From assembly GCA_030704615.1 (NCBI GenBank), contig CM060731.1:88226001-88290000 (forward strand): 64,000 nucleotides of DNA, read 5' to 3'. The position numbers were made by a program, and so were the translations under genes. Source of the stretch: Takakia lepidozioides (Eukaryota; Plantae; Bryophyta). The notes under the pieces are model-generated. The model saw only the letters and a program-made list of their open reading frames with translations, searched no databases and was not told where the DNA came from. Below are positions 47,301-59,762 of the stretch, piece by piece; the first letter of the stretch is position 1, and the number at the start of each line of letters is the position of its first letter.

Positions 47301-47900
47301 CAACCTATTCCAGAGCTGCCGGCTTTGCACACGCATTGCAAACTATCAATGGTTCACTCAACCAACATGGAAATGTAACAACGATTTCGCAAAAGGGGAA
47401 AACAGGCTATTGAAGGCAATTCATATGCCCAGACAATCTTCTCAGCCCAACATGGATTTCCTTAATTTTGGGATGCAATCTCTCATCTACTGCGAAGGTG
47501 TGCACCCTGTTGCAAATCTCAATGCAGCAACGACCTGGCTCCTTTCTAACCCCTCTCACCTTCATCATTCTTCTCACCAACTCGATGCAATCATGAACGT
47601 CCTCTTCCACTTCCACTTCCAAGGATGCCACGCTGAAGATGCCAAAACAAAAAAACAAAGCGGAGAAGACCGCACATGTTACAGAAATGGAAAGAGGAAG
47701 GGGCTTGCCTGAGAGTGCTCAGCTTCAGTTGGCGCGGGCTGCGAGCAAGACAAGGGGATCTCCTGCTGGAGCTTCAGTTTGGCCATGCGAGACGCTGGAC
47801 GCCGCCCGTAGTATAAAGGCTTCAGTTTGCGGCGAGGTCTGCATGTGGGGTTTCTCTCAGGAGAGCTATTCTCCACGCGGCATAAGTCCCTGCAAAAGAA
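44378..47900 (-). pseudogene. Subfamily-1 homologue of the ParB-MTase gene (5' exons only; MTase part missing)
   Basis: RPRRKLKPLYYGRR; LRIPLCRLVSLQVVRPALPGDIDKLKF..WDDNHRLLAW; same intron positions (INS|VTENA at 45405/45286); WMNRMTWWFQ. Breaks after VTTNAQEQ at ~44378; stop at 46427. Confidence 0.8.
46960..47600 (-). pseudogene. Two tandem fragments of a PLS-class PPR gene (E2/E+ region)
   Basis: VRRMMKVRGVRKEPGRCCIEICNRVHTFAVDERLHPKIKEIHVGLRRLSGHM matches the E/E+ pattern MKxRGVKKxPGxSWIE..VHxF..DxxHP..EI; duplicated with a ~360-bp offset. Confidence 0.75.
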
Positions 47901-48129
47901 AATATCGACAAAAAATGCGTGCGTAGTGGCATCGAGTGGAACTTCATCCACCCGCCACATCGGGGTTTAGGGTATCCGACGGCGGTAGCACGGAATCAGT
48001 GCGGAACGTCCGGTTGAAAACTGACGGCGGACATTAAATGCGCAATTGCGCTGTTAAATGGAGGAGTATGGAGGTCGGCTGTAGGCCCCAAGTCGCCCAC
48101 CCTCCCACACGTTGCATCCTACTTGATCC

Positions 48130-49945
48130 GCTGGATGGAAATTCGGCGCCGGCCGAGACGTTGTGGACGGATGGAAATTCGGCACCGAATTTCCAGAGGT
48201 CGTGTCGGGGGGAGAGGCCGACACCTGGCTGACAGAAAACATCCCTGGATGGAAATTCGGCGCCGAATTTCCATCCGAGGCCGCCGTCACTAGGCGTGTC
48301 GAGGGGAGAGGCCGGCACCTGGCCGACAGAGTACATCCATCGGATGGAAATTCGGCGCCGAATTTCCATCCGGGGCCGGTCGGATGAAGTCGGCTCGGGG
48401 GAAGAGGCTGGCAGCGGGCCGACAGAGAATATCCACCGGATGGAAATTCGGCGCTGAATTTCCATCCGATGCCGGCCGGATGTTTGCGTTTGGGGACCCT
48501 TCAGGAACAATTTTCTGTCCTTGCATGCAGTTTTACGCATTTTTGGGTCTAATCAGACACAAAACCTCTAGTTTTGTGGCTGAACTCCACTTTTTGCCAC
48601 GTTTTTCAAGGAATTCTTGTCTGTTAGAGATAAATTCCTTGCTTCTTTTCCGTCCCGCTTACTTCCTACATGGAAATTCGTTGCCGAATTTCCATCCGGC
48701 CGCGTTCCCGATTACATGCCGAATGGAAATTCGGCGCTGGTTTTTCCATCCTGCAGGGCACCAGTTTACTTGCAAGATGGAAATTCGGCGCCGGTTTTGC
48801 ATCGGGCTGCGATATCGCTTACCCGCAGGATGGAAATTCGGCGCCGAATTTCCATCTTGCAAGTAAACTGGTGCCCTGCAGGATGGAAAACCGGCGCCGA
48901 ATTTCCATGCGGGGGATGTTCTCTGTCGGCCAGGTGCTGGCCTCTCCCCCCGAGTCGACTTCCTGCGAGCGGCCTCGGATGGAAATTCGGCGCCGAATTT
49001 CCATCCGAGGATGTTTCCTGTCAGCCAAATGCCGGCCTCTCCGCTTGAGCCGACTTCATCCGACCGGCCCCGGATGGAAATTCAGCGCCGTTTTTCCATC
49101 CGGGGAGGTTTTATGTCGGCCAATTGTTGGCCTCACCCCCCGACACGAGTTCCTTTGGGGGGCCCCGGATGAAAATTCGGCGCCGAATTTCCATCCGGGG
49201 GATGTTCTCTGACGGCCAGATGCCGGCCTCTCCCCCCGAGCCGACTGCATTCGACCGGCCCCGGATGGAAAATCGGCGCAGTTTTTCCATCCGAATTTCC
49301 ATCCGCCAGGTAAGTCGGAGCGCGCCCGGATGGAAATCCGGCGCCGAATTTCCATCCTGCAGGTAAGTTGGAGCGCGCCCGGATGGAAATCCGGCGCCGA
49401 ATTTCCATCCGGGGGATTTTCTCTGTCAAGCAGGTGTCGGCCTTTGATGGAAATTCGGCGCCGTTTTTCCATCCGGGGGATGTTCTTTGTCGAGCAATTG
49501 TGGGCCTCTCCCCCTGAAATGACTTCATCCGGCCGGCCTCCGATGGAAATTCGGCGCCGTTTTTCCATCCGGGGGATGATCTCAGTCGGCCAGGTGTCAG
49601 CCTCTCCCCCCGAGACGACTTCATCCAACGGGCCTCGGATGGAAATTCGGCGCCGTTTTTCCATCCGGGGGATGTTCTCTGTCGGCCAGGTGTCGGCCTC
49701 TCCCCCCGAAACGACTTCATCCAACGGGCCTCGGATGGAAATTCGGCGCCGTTTTTCCATCCGGGGGATGTTCTCTGTCGGCCAGGTGTCGGCCTCTCCC
49801 CCCGAAACGACTTCATCCAACGGGCCTCGGATGGAAATTCGGCGCCGTTTTTCCATCCGGGTGATGTTCTATGTCGGCCAGGTGACCGACTCACCTTGGA
49901 GACGAAATCGTCCGACCGGCCTCGGATGCAAATTTCGGCGCCGCT
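48130..49945. repeat. Intergenic array of GGATGGAAATTCGGCGCCGAATTTCCATCC palindromes, including 96-bp tandem units
   Basis: Units start at 49446, 49542, 49638, 49734 and 49830. Confidence 0.9.
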
Positions 49946-50361
49946 GTTGTATGTTTACTTTTGGCGGCGAGGTTCTGGCACTCAATCTTGTAATCAGACC
50001 CACTGGAATGCCACCTCTGTCAGTTCCCTCTGTCCATGGGGAAGGTGCTTGCACGCTCGCGTCCCCACGCTTCTTGTCAGACGCCGTAATGATTGGTTTG
50101 CGCAGCGCATCTGCACAGGTCATATACCTTCTAACTGCATACCATTGGCAGTTATTGCGCAAAGGCCAGGGGCCGCATTCCGCAGACAAGGTTCATTAAC
50201 TCTCTGACAGTGGAATTTCGGGAGAGTGGGCTCCCCGGATTCGTGAATAGGCTTCGTCGCTTGCAAAAATCGGCCCTGCATTCCTTCCCCTCGCTGCATC
50301 CCCCCTTCTCCCAGGGCGCTTGTCCGAACGCCGTCCTGGCAGTCTTGTGTGCACAACTCCC

Positions 50362-53300
50362 ATGGCAGAAAACCCGAGCGCTATAGTGTACTGCCCTCCT
50401 CACGAGCATAGAGCTACATTTCCGTGCAGAGGGGAGATTTGCCGGGTGATGGAGAAATATCTCTGCGTTCGATACCACCTGAAACCGGGGTCGGTATTTT
50501 TGGAGGAGGAAAGGAAGGATTCAAACGGAGTTGTAGTCGAAAGTATTGTTGTGCTCCACGATGATTTCGGCGACGACAGGGAATGGCGAGTTCCACCATC
50601 GGACAACGTCATATACAGGGCTGTTGGGGACTTCATTTGCCCCCCAAATGCGCCTTCTATCCTGCCGCCTTCCACGAAACAATCAGCGAATCAGAGAGTG
50701 GGTACCTCAAAGAGAGAAGTCCGCAACGAAGTAAATCCAGAGCCGAACCTATCAATGAAGAGGAGCGAGAACCGGGTTGTTCACAACCTGTCCGACTCCG
50801 ACGAGAACATGGAAGTTCCGAGATCATCCTGGAGATCGGGCAAGTCCTCCATGGACATCAGCGGACAAGGGAGTCATATTCCCAGCACGAACACAGCAGT
50901 TCAATCCATTCTTGAAATTCTGCGAGGGCTTCACTGGAGGGACACCGCTCAGAGCTGGCTGGGCTGGACTACAGCAAGTTTGCCATTAAATCCGTTACAT
51001 GTCTTCCCGCCGACGTCGACAGTAATATGTTCTTTGAGTTCCCTCCTCGAACGGACTATTCGAGGGCGTCTGGAATGTTGACAGATATGGATAGGAAACA
51101 TGACGGTCATCCTTAGTGCGTCACCAAAACCACCAGCATGAAGATGCTCGATGGTGTGCGGGTGCGCTACGTTGTTTGGGCGCGTTGCGGTGTTTCTCCC
51201 CAACTAGCTTCCACTTTAAATCCAGAGGTCATAGGAACGAGACGGATTGGACAAGCACAACTCATCAACCATTTCGAGCTCAGGAGAAGGTTCCAAACTC
51301 CACATTTAAGTGTGCGCATTGCAAAGAACCACCACATTGCATGTGTGTTTGTAATGCCAAGCAGTTCTATGTGTTGCACCGTTTTCCTGACCTCACACGA
51401 GCTTGCATACACGTTGGTTCCCATTGTCACAAATTGGCGAGGGGGAACTCGCGAGAGGCTGCCCACGAAGCAGAGTAGCTCGTTCAAGAGGAGGTTAGGT
51501 TGAGACCTGGTGCCAAACCCAAATAGATACAGCTGCAGGCCGCCCATAAGATGGCATTGGCCAGAATTATGTCGGAAGACGGCTCCGACAGAGTTCCTCT
51601 CGATGAGAAGGAAATGGAGGCATTGCTGGAGTCGGTGTCCCACGACTGTTCACCGAATGTCCGAAACCACATTGTCTCCTGCAAATAGAAAATTGGGCGT
51701 GGCTCGGATATGCACTCCATTCTGGAGGTGAAGCGACGATGTGGATATGACTACATTCATGGAAGTAGGTTTCCAGGACAAGGGACTGAGGCAGATCGTT
51801 GTTTCGTATTCAAAATGTCCACGTGTGGGCCTGGCAGCGGCGTGGAACTGGTCGACCGGATGATGAGTGGGGACTTGTCAAACAGTTGGGTCATGTTCGA
51901 CCATATCAAGCGAATTACAAATCACTAGTAGGTGACAATGGCTGCACATGTCTACGACACCCACTGCAGGATGCTAATGACAATTGCTATTTGTGAGATG
52001 AAAGGAGAGGACACACAATCGGAGATGCTTCTTTGGCAAGGAATAAACGAACAGATGGCCAGGGCGGGATTGCCCCCTCCCAATTTCCGTGGTTTCATGG
52101 CGGACAACGCACAAGCAAATTGGGCTGCCATCCGAAGGGTGTACGGGGAAGACCCCAATGTTCCGATGGAAGGCAAGGAGAGATCTTGTGGGTTCCATTT
52201 TCTGCAGAGCTTGTCGCAATACACAACCCGGCTCGTGGCGCCAGATTTCAGAGAGGAGCACCATTCCATGTGTCTTGCGTGGAAGCGTGCTCCCACCTTG
52301 GATGATGCAGAGACACAATTTGCATGTATACGGGCTTGGTGGACAACGTCAGGTGCTGTAAAGAAATCAGACGAGGGAGCAATGGTCAGTTGGCTAGCAT
52401 GGTGGCATTATCATTTCCTCCAGTTCGGCGACTATATGCGGGAGGTGAGTTGGACAAATTCGCGTCACGTTGAATATTATGCTACTCGTTCTTTATAACT
52501 TGCTTGTAACCTCAACATGTGCACGTGCAGGAAATGTGTCTGGACTCCGACACTGACATGCCGACAACAAACATGGCCGAATCAGTACATTCTTCCTGGC
52601 GTGCCTCCTCTACGGCGCATCTGGTGGACATCCTCACTGCCACAACGGAGGACATTGTCAGGTCAATTATGCAGCAATGCAGGTACAACGAGTTCTTGAA
52701 AGGGAAACAGTGGGGCTTGGGGCCAGACAGGCAGGAAATGCTGATGCGGACTGCCTCCAGATCGAAGAATCCTCGCAAGTGAGCGGCAGCCTTGCGAGAG
52801 GGCCTTCGGGACACGCCATTGCCTTCGAAGAGGCCAACACTTGGAAGGAGATGTTCACACCCGTCCAGTGAGACGAAGTCTTGACGAGGCACCTGGCGGA
52901 GAAGAGGATTCATGACGAGCTGACAAGAATATTTGCACGCTCCCTCGTGGTCCCGTGATGTTGCCCGAGGAGGTCTCGTTGAGCACCGCAAGTCCTGCAC
53001 GTTCAAGATCGTCATCTCCTTTGAGCACAGGGCACGTGCTCGGGGAACATAACAAGCCATCTGTAGTAACGCAGTACAACATACCCATTGTGGAGACAAG
53101 AATGTCGGAGTCACAGTGGAGAATAGCAAGGACATTGCCGGCATTTCAAGGGAAGTGTTGCGCCATCCGGGTGGATAGGAGAGCACGCTGTGGTGAGATG
53201 ATTCGGAGGAACCCACACAGTGATGTACTTGCACCTTGTTTCAGCGGCAGATTTTTGACTCCCACATTCTCTCACGCCACAACGCAGACGTTTTGGTTCT

Positions 53301-53951
53301 GAAGGCACGACATAATGACCTATGTATTTGGCAAGCCCAAGTACGGGATTCAGGGAATGCCCGAGCCTCCGGGCGTCTGGCCTGTTGCACCGGGTTGCAA
53401 CCTCTCTCAGAATGAGGCGGATGCTCTTTCTGCAGCAGGATTTCGAATGGTGCAATGCACAGATGTCCCGGCCCACTCGTTTCCAGTTCCTCAGACCCAG
53501 CCATTGCAGGCTGCTCCGTCCAGTAGAGACGGATTGGACAATTCTGCACATCCCACAATGCGATTCGGAAGAGTGAAGAGACGACACCCTCCCAACAAGT
53601 TGAATGAGACTCGGATTGCCAATGCTCTTGGGATGGCTTGCACTATTCAAAGCTCCGTGGACGTACCCCCACCCGGCCTTGGGCGTGTTTATCGGATGGC
53701 AACGGCCGGCTCAGCTGTACGCGACGACGTATACACAATTACGATTGGAGTGGAGCCGACTTTGCAATTGTACGGACTTCTCGTTGATGGAAGCAAAGAA
53801 GGGGTCAAAGCATTATCCGTGCAAGCATCTGTATTACATCTACCTGAAGAGGTTGAGGATGAACTTGACTATTGATGACTTTATTCATGCACCAGCGTTG
53901 AGCGTGAACGAGCTGCACAAACTCCTCCGCCGGGATTCCAAAAATCATTGA
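50362..53951 (+). pseudogene. MULE-type transposase (GCM-like domain, DDE core, SWIM finger), full length but disrupted
   Basis: VMFDHIKR, GFMADNAQA, CGFHFLQSL (CxxH), intron 52445-52530, TTNMAESVH, and C-terminal CNCTDF..PCKHLYYI (SWIM). Several stops and frameshifts. Confidence 0.85.
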
Positions 53952-54714
53952 TGGGGAAAAGGGAATCCACCATATGGATATTTGCAATTGCATTTTTATG
54001 CATTAGACTTTGTTTTGCAGTGTAATAAATTGCACCCCAAAACTCCTGGAATGAGACAGACAATATTAAAGTGATGTCTTTTAAACACTAGGGACTGTTG
54101 GATATCCGTTCACGTCCAGTGGCAATTCAATGTCGAAACAGAATCAATTCAAAGATGCGGCAGGAAAAATTTGCAAATCTTCCAGAAAACTGAGTTCCAA
54201 CAGTTGCAGTTGAGGGGGCCATTTCTGGAAAAATGGCGCCGAATTTCACTTGTTTGGGCCAAAAACTGGCTAAGTCCCAACATTGTCTGGAGACGATGTC
54301 TGGAAAAATGACGCCGAATTTCCAGTTACATGGCCCAGAACTGCCCAACATTTGTGCAATGCCCGGAACCATGTACCGAAATTCGGCGCCACATTTCCAA
54401 ATTTTGGGCTTACACTTCAATGAAGTTGGGACCTATAACCGCGAAATTCGGCACCATTTTTTGCCGGAGTCACCTATTACTGCGCAATACGTCGCCGATT
54501 TTTCTGCTTGCGGAACCTATAACCGCGAAATTCGGCGCCATTTTTGCAGATGTCGCTCGGAATTCACATGAGCGGAAATCGAAATATCATGAGCACGGCT
54601 CTCAAAACTACAATTTCTACTTCAAACAATGAATATTATATTGGTTTTTTTTTTTCCTGACACATCCCATTAACATAATGTTTTTTAATGTTTTTTATTT
54701 GCAGAATTTGTACT

Positions 54715-54783
54715 TCTGCTCATGAAAACCAATTGTCTTACTACTCCGCTCATGCCGCTCATGCTCATGAAATAGCTTACCTC
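54715..54783 (+). repeat. Element terminus type B
   Basis: (GCTCATG)n GAAATAGCTTACCTC about 0.8 kb after the transposase stop, preceded by degenerate palindromes at 54225-54545. Confidence 0.75.
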
Positions 54784-55718
54784 AAATCAAACATCCAATA
54801 TCTAGAACCAAGAGATATGAAATTTGATAGATGCAAAAATAACGACAGAAACAAAAATTTGTTCCTAAAGAGATGGACTAACTTCTCTCCGAATGATACA
54901 TCAATGGTCTGTCGGTTTATATGCTCACAATTTCATATCGACTATTAGCACGCATAGCAGAATGATGACGAGAGGTCTCCCGTGACATCCCCTCCCTTGA
55001 AAGTAGAAATATTGTTAGAGGTAGATCTGATTGGGTTGGAAAGCAATATCCTATTGCATTGGACTGTCGGTTCAGCTCCTTCCAATTCATCTCCACCGGC
55101 AGCAACTTCAGAACATCTTGCCTTTCTTCTCCGATACCTCTCATTTTATGAGGCATAAGGTCACTGTTTCTTGAAATCAGCGATAACAAATTTACCTCAG
55201 CCTGCAGGGTTTCAGCTCGGGGTTTCTTCATTCTCTGTTTCCATGCATTGACGAGATGTATCCATCCTTACTCTTCCTCTTGTATCCATGGTACGTTGAC
55301 CTTCCGATTCCATGGATTGTCTACCACGCCTTCTCACAGACCTCAACTCCTTCCATTGTAAGATAGGCATGACGACCACAACCTGGAAGTCGGTGTAGTC
55401 GTCGGGGGATGTCAAACCCTAACTCTCTCTTTGCATCAAAAGAAGATGCCAAGAACTTACTCCGGATAGCCTTAGTTTTTTCCCAGCGGAAGTGTTGACA
55501 ACAGGTTCGAGCACAACAGCTCACAGAGAGGCTGCTTGGATTGACTCCGAATTTAAGAGTCGAATCAATTTCATGCCCCTGGAGTTCTCATCTCCCCGTC
55601 GAACTCGTTTTAAACATTTATATTGTGATTTCTTAACTCCTTCGAGGTGGTCATCCTCCGTGTCTGACTCGTGCTCTTCATAAAACTTTGTGAGCAACTA
55701 TGATAGTTTGCGGCCGTC

Positions 55719-56320
55719 TCAAAGTTTTGTATGTGTAAGCTGCCATTTCGTAATTGTCATTAACATATCCTGAGCTGAGCCAGAGACAACTGTAACGATT
55801 ACACCGACATGTTCCTCCCCAAGGTTTTGAGCGAGAATAACTTGGTCAGGACGACAGGCCTCAATCCGGCCTTCAGCGATGACGTCCATCTCGTCATTGA
55901 GAAGATTGCACATCTGATTACGCCAAGTATCTCTTCCGAATATCTGATGTGCGTCTTTCTGACCCTCGACACGCTTCTTCTTCCTATGCAACTTTTTTCC
56001 GTGCGCCTTCAATACCATCGGCATTGTCCTTCTATATTGTATCCTCCACAATATTCGTGCTCGCTCCAGCATTGGACCTAGACCCCTCACCCTCCATTCG
56101 CACACGTTTCTGTACTTGAATAACTTTCCAGACAACGGGTGTCCCCAAGGCTTCTCCAAGAGTTTCTGCGTCTCGATGTGAATACGGTAAGCTAATGGAC
56201 TCCATTCCATGTATCACAGTTTTCAAGATGACGCTCACTAGACTACTAGAGAGACGTCTGCCATGACAAAATCCCTCTCCCGATATATTCAGACCAATAA
56301 TAGGTGATTTGAACATGGCA
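55719..56320 (-). pseudogene. Degenerate ORF with CACTA Tnp1/EnSpm-like accessory motifs
   Basis: LPYSHRDAETLGEALGTPVVW and VIAEGRIEACRPDQVILAQNLGEEHVGVIV resemble that accessory domain; frameshifted. Confidence 0.4.
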
Positions 56321-57661
56321 CACTGGCCATGAGTGGTCTATTTTCAGATCTAAAATCAGGCAGAGAGTGGGGAACAGACAGTGTGCGTTGCTGCACACTG
56401 CTTGAGCTTCCAAATAGGGGTGTTTTCAACATGACATTAGGCCCTATGTGGCACATTTCCACATAAAAAAACATGCAGAGAGGGGGCCACACACAGTTCA
56501 TTCTTCCAACTATGGGTGTTGTGAGCATCCATATTGGCCGTGTTTTGCCCAAATTCACCACATTGGGCCTACCTGCCATGCTCAAAACACCATCTGTTCT
56601 TGCCTCTCTCTTATATCAGTTTGAATGAACAACCGTGTAGGAGAAGATGCAAATGGTGGCGGATGAGAACCCTTCGGGGGAGGGGAAGGAGATCATTGCT
56701 GATGTGGACGATGAGTTCTATGAAAGCAAAGCCGCTGAGATGCTGGGGGTACATGGAAATGCGGCGCCGCATTTCCAAAACGGACATCGTTGTTTGTCCA
56801 ATTCCAGACCCTTTGACGGAAATGCGGCACCGCATTACTTGTCCTATAAAAACTTTCGATTGCCAAACATGGAAATGCGGCGCCGCATTTCCAAAACAGA
56901 CATCGTTGTTTGTCCAATTCCAGACCCGTGTGGGCATTCCGTCTTGTTGGACGGAAATGCGGCACCACATTCCATTGTCCAATACAAAATTTTGATGACG
57001 GACATGGAAATGCGGTGCCGCATTTCCTGAACGGACATTGTTGTTTGTCCAATTCCAGACCCTTCGACGGAAATGCGGCACCGCATTCCATTGTGCTCTC
57101 CGGAAATGCGGTGCCGCATTTCATTGTCCGGTACAAAATTTCGATGACGGACATGGAAATGCGGTGCCGCATTTCAAGTATGGACATGGACAAGCATTAG
57201 TGACTAGACATGCTCGGACAATTCAAGGTCCAATATGGAAATGCGGTGCCGCATTTCCAATTCGAAGTATGGTAATGCCATGTCAGGAAATGAAATGTTG
57301 TACAACATTTCCGTTACGACGACAACGGAGGAAAGGGAGCTGCCAGAAATCGCTGCATGGAGAAAAATGAAATGCGGTGCCGAATTTCCGAGCTTCGGCG
57401 TGTACATGTTTCCTTTTACTCATATATGGATTTCCTTCACCTCAGGACTCTGATATCGCTGACTCTGGTATATTCATATGGACAGACACATTGTAGAAAT
57501 GAGACCACAAATTGTAAACAGTGGGCCAATTCAGTTCTTGAACACGATGAAACAGAAGCACACAGAAGTGAGGTACGATGGGTTGTTTTATTGATCGAAC
57601 ACGGTGTCTCACATTTAGCAACTCCAGACAAATCTAAGCCCTTCCTCCTTCTACATGGGCG

Positions 57662-58303
57662 TCACCAAGTCGACAGAACTTCGATAGCCCTCAAAACAAG
57701 CTCATTACTGATGCGGCACCTTGAGGTAAACTGCAATGCGGTCGATCTAGTGCCCTTGGTGGAGCTGATGACACTGTCATGCCCATCATACATGGACAAG
57801 GTCACTGTGGGCCTCATGTGCCCGTGCGATTCGTCTTCGCAACTCAGCCGAATGTCTCCATACACTGGAAGAGCGGAGTGAACTCCACGAATATAGTTTT
57901 CCCCGGTGCCGTCCTCCCTGGTCCACTGGCAGCAGTTCCAGCGCCAAAGTGAGGCCGTGCATGATCTGTCCGGCATCCCATTCCACCTTGGTATATCGAG
58001 GTCAACAATTTTCAGGACCCACGGACCGCATTGACCCTCGCCCTCACCTCGCTCAAAGCGGTAATAGCCCTCCAAATACTCCATTGCGCGCAAAGACTCC
58101 CGCTTGATTCTAGAAGCGTCTGTGAAAATAGAGAGCCAGACAATGATGTCTCCTGATTCTGGTTTGAACATAGCATAATCGTGGCCATGATAAGGGCAGT
58201 CAGCAGGATTTCGACGGCACGACATCCTTGCAAAAGAGCAGCGTGGTGGCTGGAAGAAGTTCAAGCAAACGCTACAATTCCTCACAAACACTCCAGGGCA
58301 CAT
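57662..58303 (-). CDS. Gene X, unknown function (213 aa, small in-frame deletions versus other copies)
   Basis: Open ORF; three copies in the window. Confidence 0.7.
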   Translation of the reverse strand: MCPGVFVRNCSVCLNFFQPPRCSFARMSCRRNPADCPYHGHDYAMFKPESGDIIVWLSIFTDASRIKRESLRAMEYLEGYYRFERGEGEGQCGPWVLKIVDLDIPRWNGMPDRSCTASLWRWNCCQWTREDGTGENYIRGVHSALPVYGDIRLSCEDESHGHMRPTVTLSMYDGHDSVISSTKGTRSTALQFTSRCRISNELVLRAIEVLSTW

Positions 58304-58528
58304 TTAAATTTCCCCCCTATAGGAACCTGCTCGGATGAAGATTGGCTGCTCCATGAATGTAGCCGTTTCAGTTTCCTTCCCTGCCATGCAAACTATGGGC
58401 AGTAAGTGCCAGGTGGGCCTATAGCCACTCGAGACGACGAAGTCCATCCCCCCTTCGATGTAAATGCGGCGCCGAATTTCCATCCAGGGGATGGACTTCG
58501 GTGGCAGATTTCAAACTATACCTCGTGG

Positions 58529-59299
58529 ATGAGAAAGAGGTATCGGTTCATCCACCACTGGCGTGATAAACACGTTACACGATGATTGGTGGGTACGTGG
58601 GACCCAGATGCTCCATTATTGGAGCCCGCACTGCTCTTCCGCTTCTCATCATTTCGAAAATCTAAGGGCTTCGTTGCTGTCCGCAAGGTCATTGTCATCG
58701 GCATCAAAGACGTCCTCAGGTCCTCCTTTGCAAGGATGCCATGCTTCCGGAACCGGGACGACTGCCCTTATGGAGGCTTCGATTATGCAATGTATTCGGC
58801 CACATCGAGAGACATCGTTATTTGGTACACAGATTACACAGAAGATACTGGTTCGAATGTGGAAACATTGTTCGCTTTTGAGTATATCCCAGGCCACTAT
58901 GCCTTCGAGCGGGGTGACGATCTTGGTCTGAGGAGTCCGTGGCTCCTGCGCATCCTTGATTCCGATTTTCCCAACTACGACGGGCACCCATGCAGAAGAA
59001 TGCGCACTGCTATGTTGTTGCGGTGGAACTGCTGCCAGTGGACGTGGGTGGACTCCATCAGAGAGACATATACTCTTGAAGGAGTGCGCTCATCTTCTCC
59101 ATTGTATGGGGACATTCACATTGGTGTGGACGGCGAAAACGTGAAGCTTTCCATATTCGATGGTGGTATGATTGAAGGGCAGGACATTGTGGTGAACATC
59201 AACGGGGGCGGTACAACGGCTGCAATCCAGTTTACCTGGAGGAGCCCGAAGACTCATGAGCTAGTTCTCAGAGCAGTCGAAGTCCCATTGACAACGTGA
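58529..59299 (+). pseudogene. Gene Y second copy (frameshift near 58580)
   Basis: Highly similar to 22819-23583. Confidence 0.7.
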
Positions 59300-59630
59300 C
59301 TTGTATTCAGAAGGCACAGGGCTAAAGATTTGTTTGCACAATCAGCACAGTAGACGTGCTTCAAACGCAATTCATGTGGATCAATAAAAACCCCATTGTG
59401 CCCTCTTTTTGTTCTATTATGTATCCATCGTTCCCAAAATGCGTCATTCCTCATTTCGTTTGGGATTGGGAGTGTGGGTGGATTTTGCAAGTGGCTGGTA
59501 GGCTGAAATGGGCCCCCATTGTACAGAGCAGTACCACCCTACCATTCGCGAAACATTGCCTTTCAATATGTAATTCTAAAAAACATTGCCGAACCTCCTT
59601 CATCGGGAGGTCCTTCTCCCCCTATGACCG

Positions 59631-59762
59631 TGACACCCTAAACCCTATTCCCGCGGACACTCATTTCCGGAAAATAGTCCTGCTCATGTTTTTTTCGACA
59701 CTTACGACTCTGCTCATGGCTCATGCCGCTCATGGCTCATGGCTCATGAAATAGCAGCCCCC
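59631..59762 (+). repeat. Element terminus type A
   Basis: Near-identical to 23915-24046; abuts the middle of an RT domain. Confidence 0.85.

Larger units (their letters stand above)
44378..54783 (+). mobile_element. MULE-like transposon, subfamily 1, copy delta: truncated ParB gene - palindrome array - transposase - end B
   Basis: Same divergent layout as copy beta but with diverged proteins and the TTCGG-type palindrome. Confidence 0.75.
56750..59762 (-). mobile_element. MULE-like transposon, subfamily 2, copy gamma (palindromes, X, Y, end A); left boundary unresolved
   Basis: Colinear with ~22184-24046; ATGCGG-type palindromes at 56750-57390. Confidence 0.7.
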
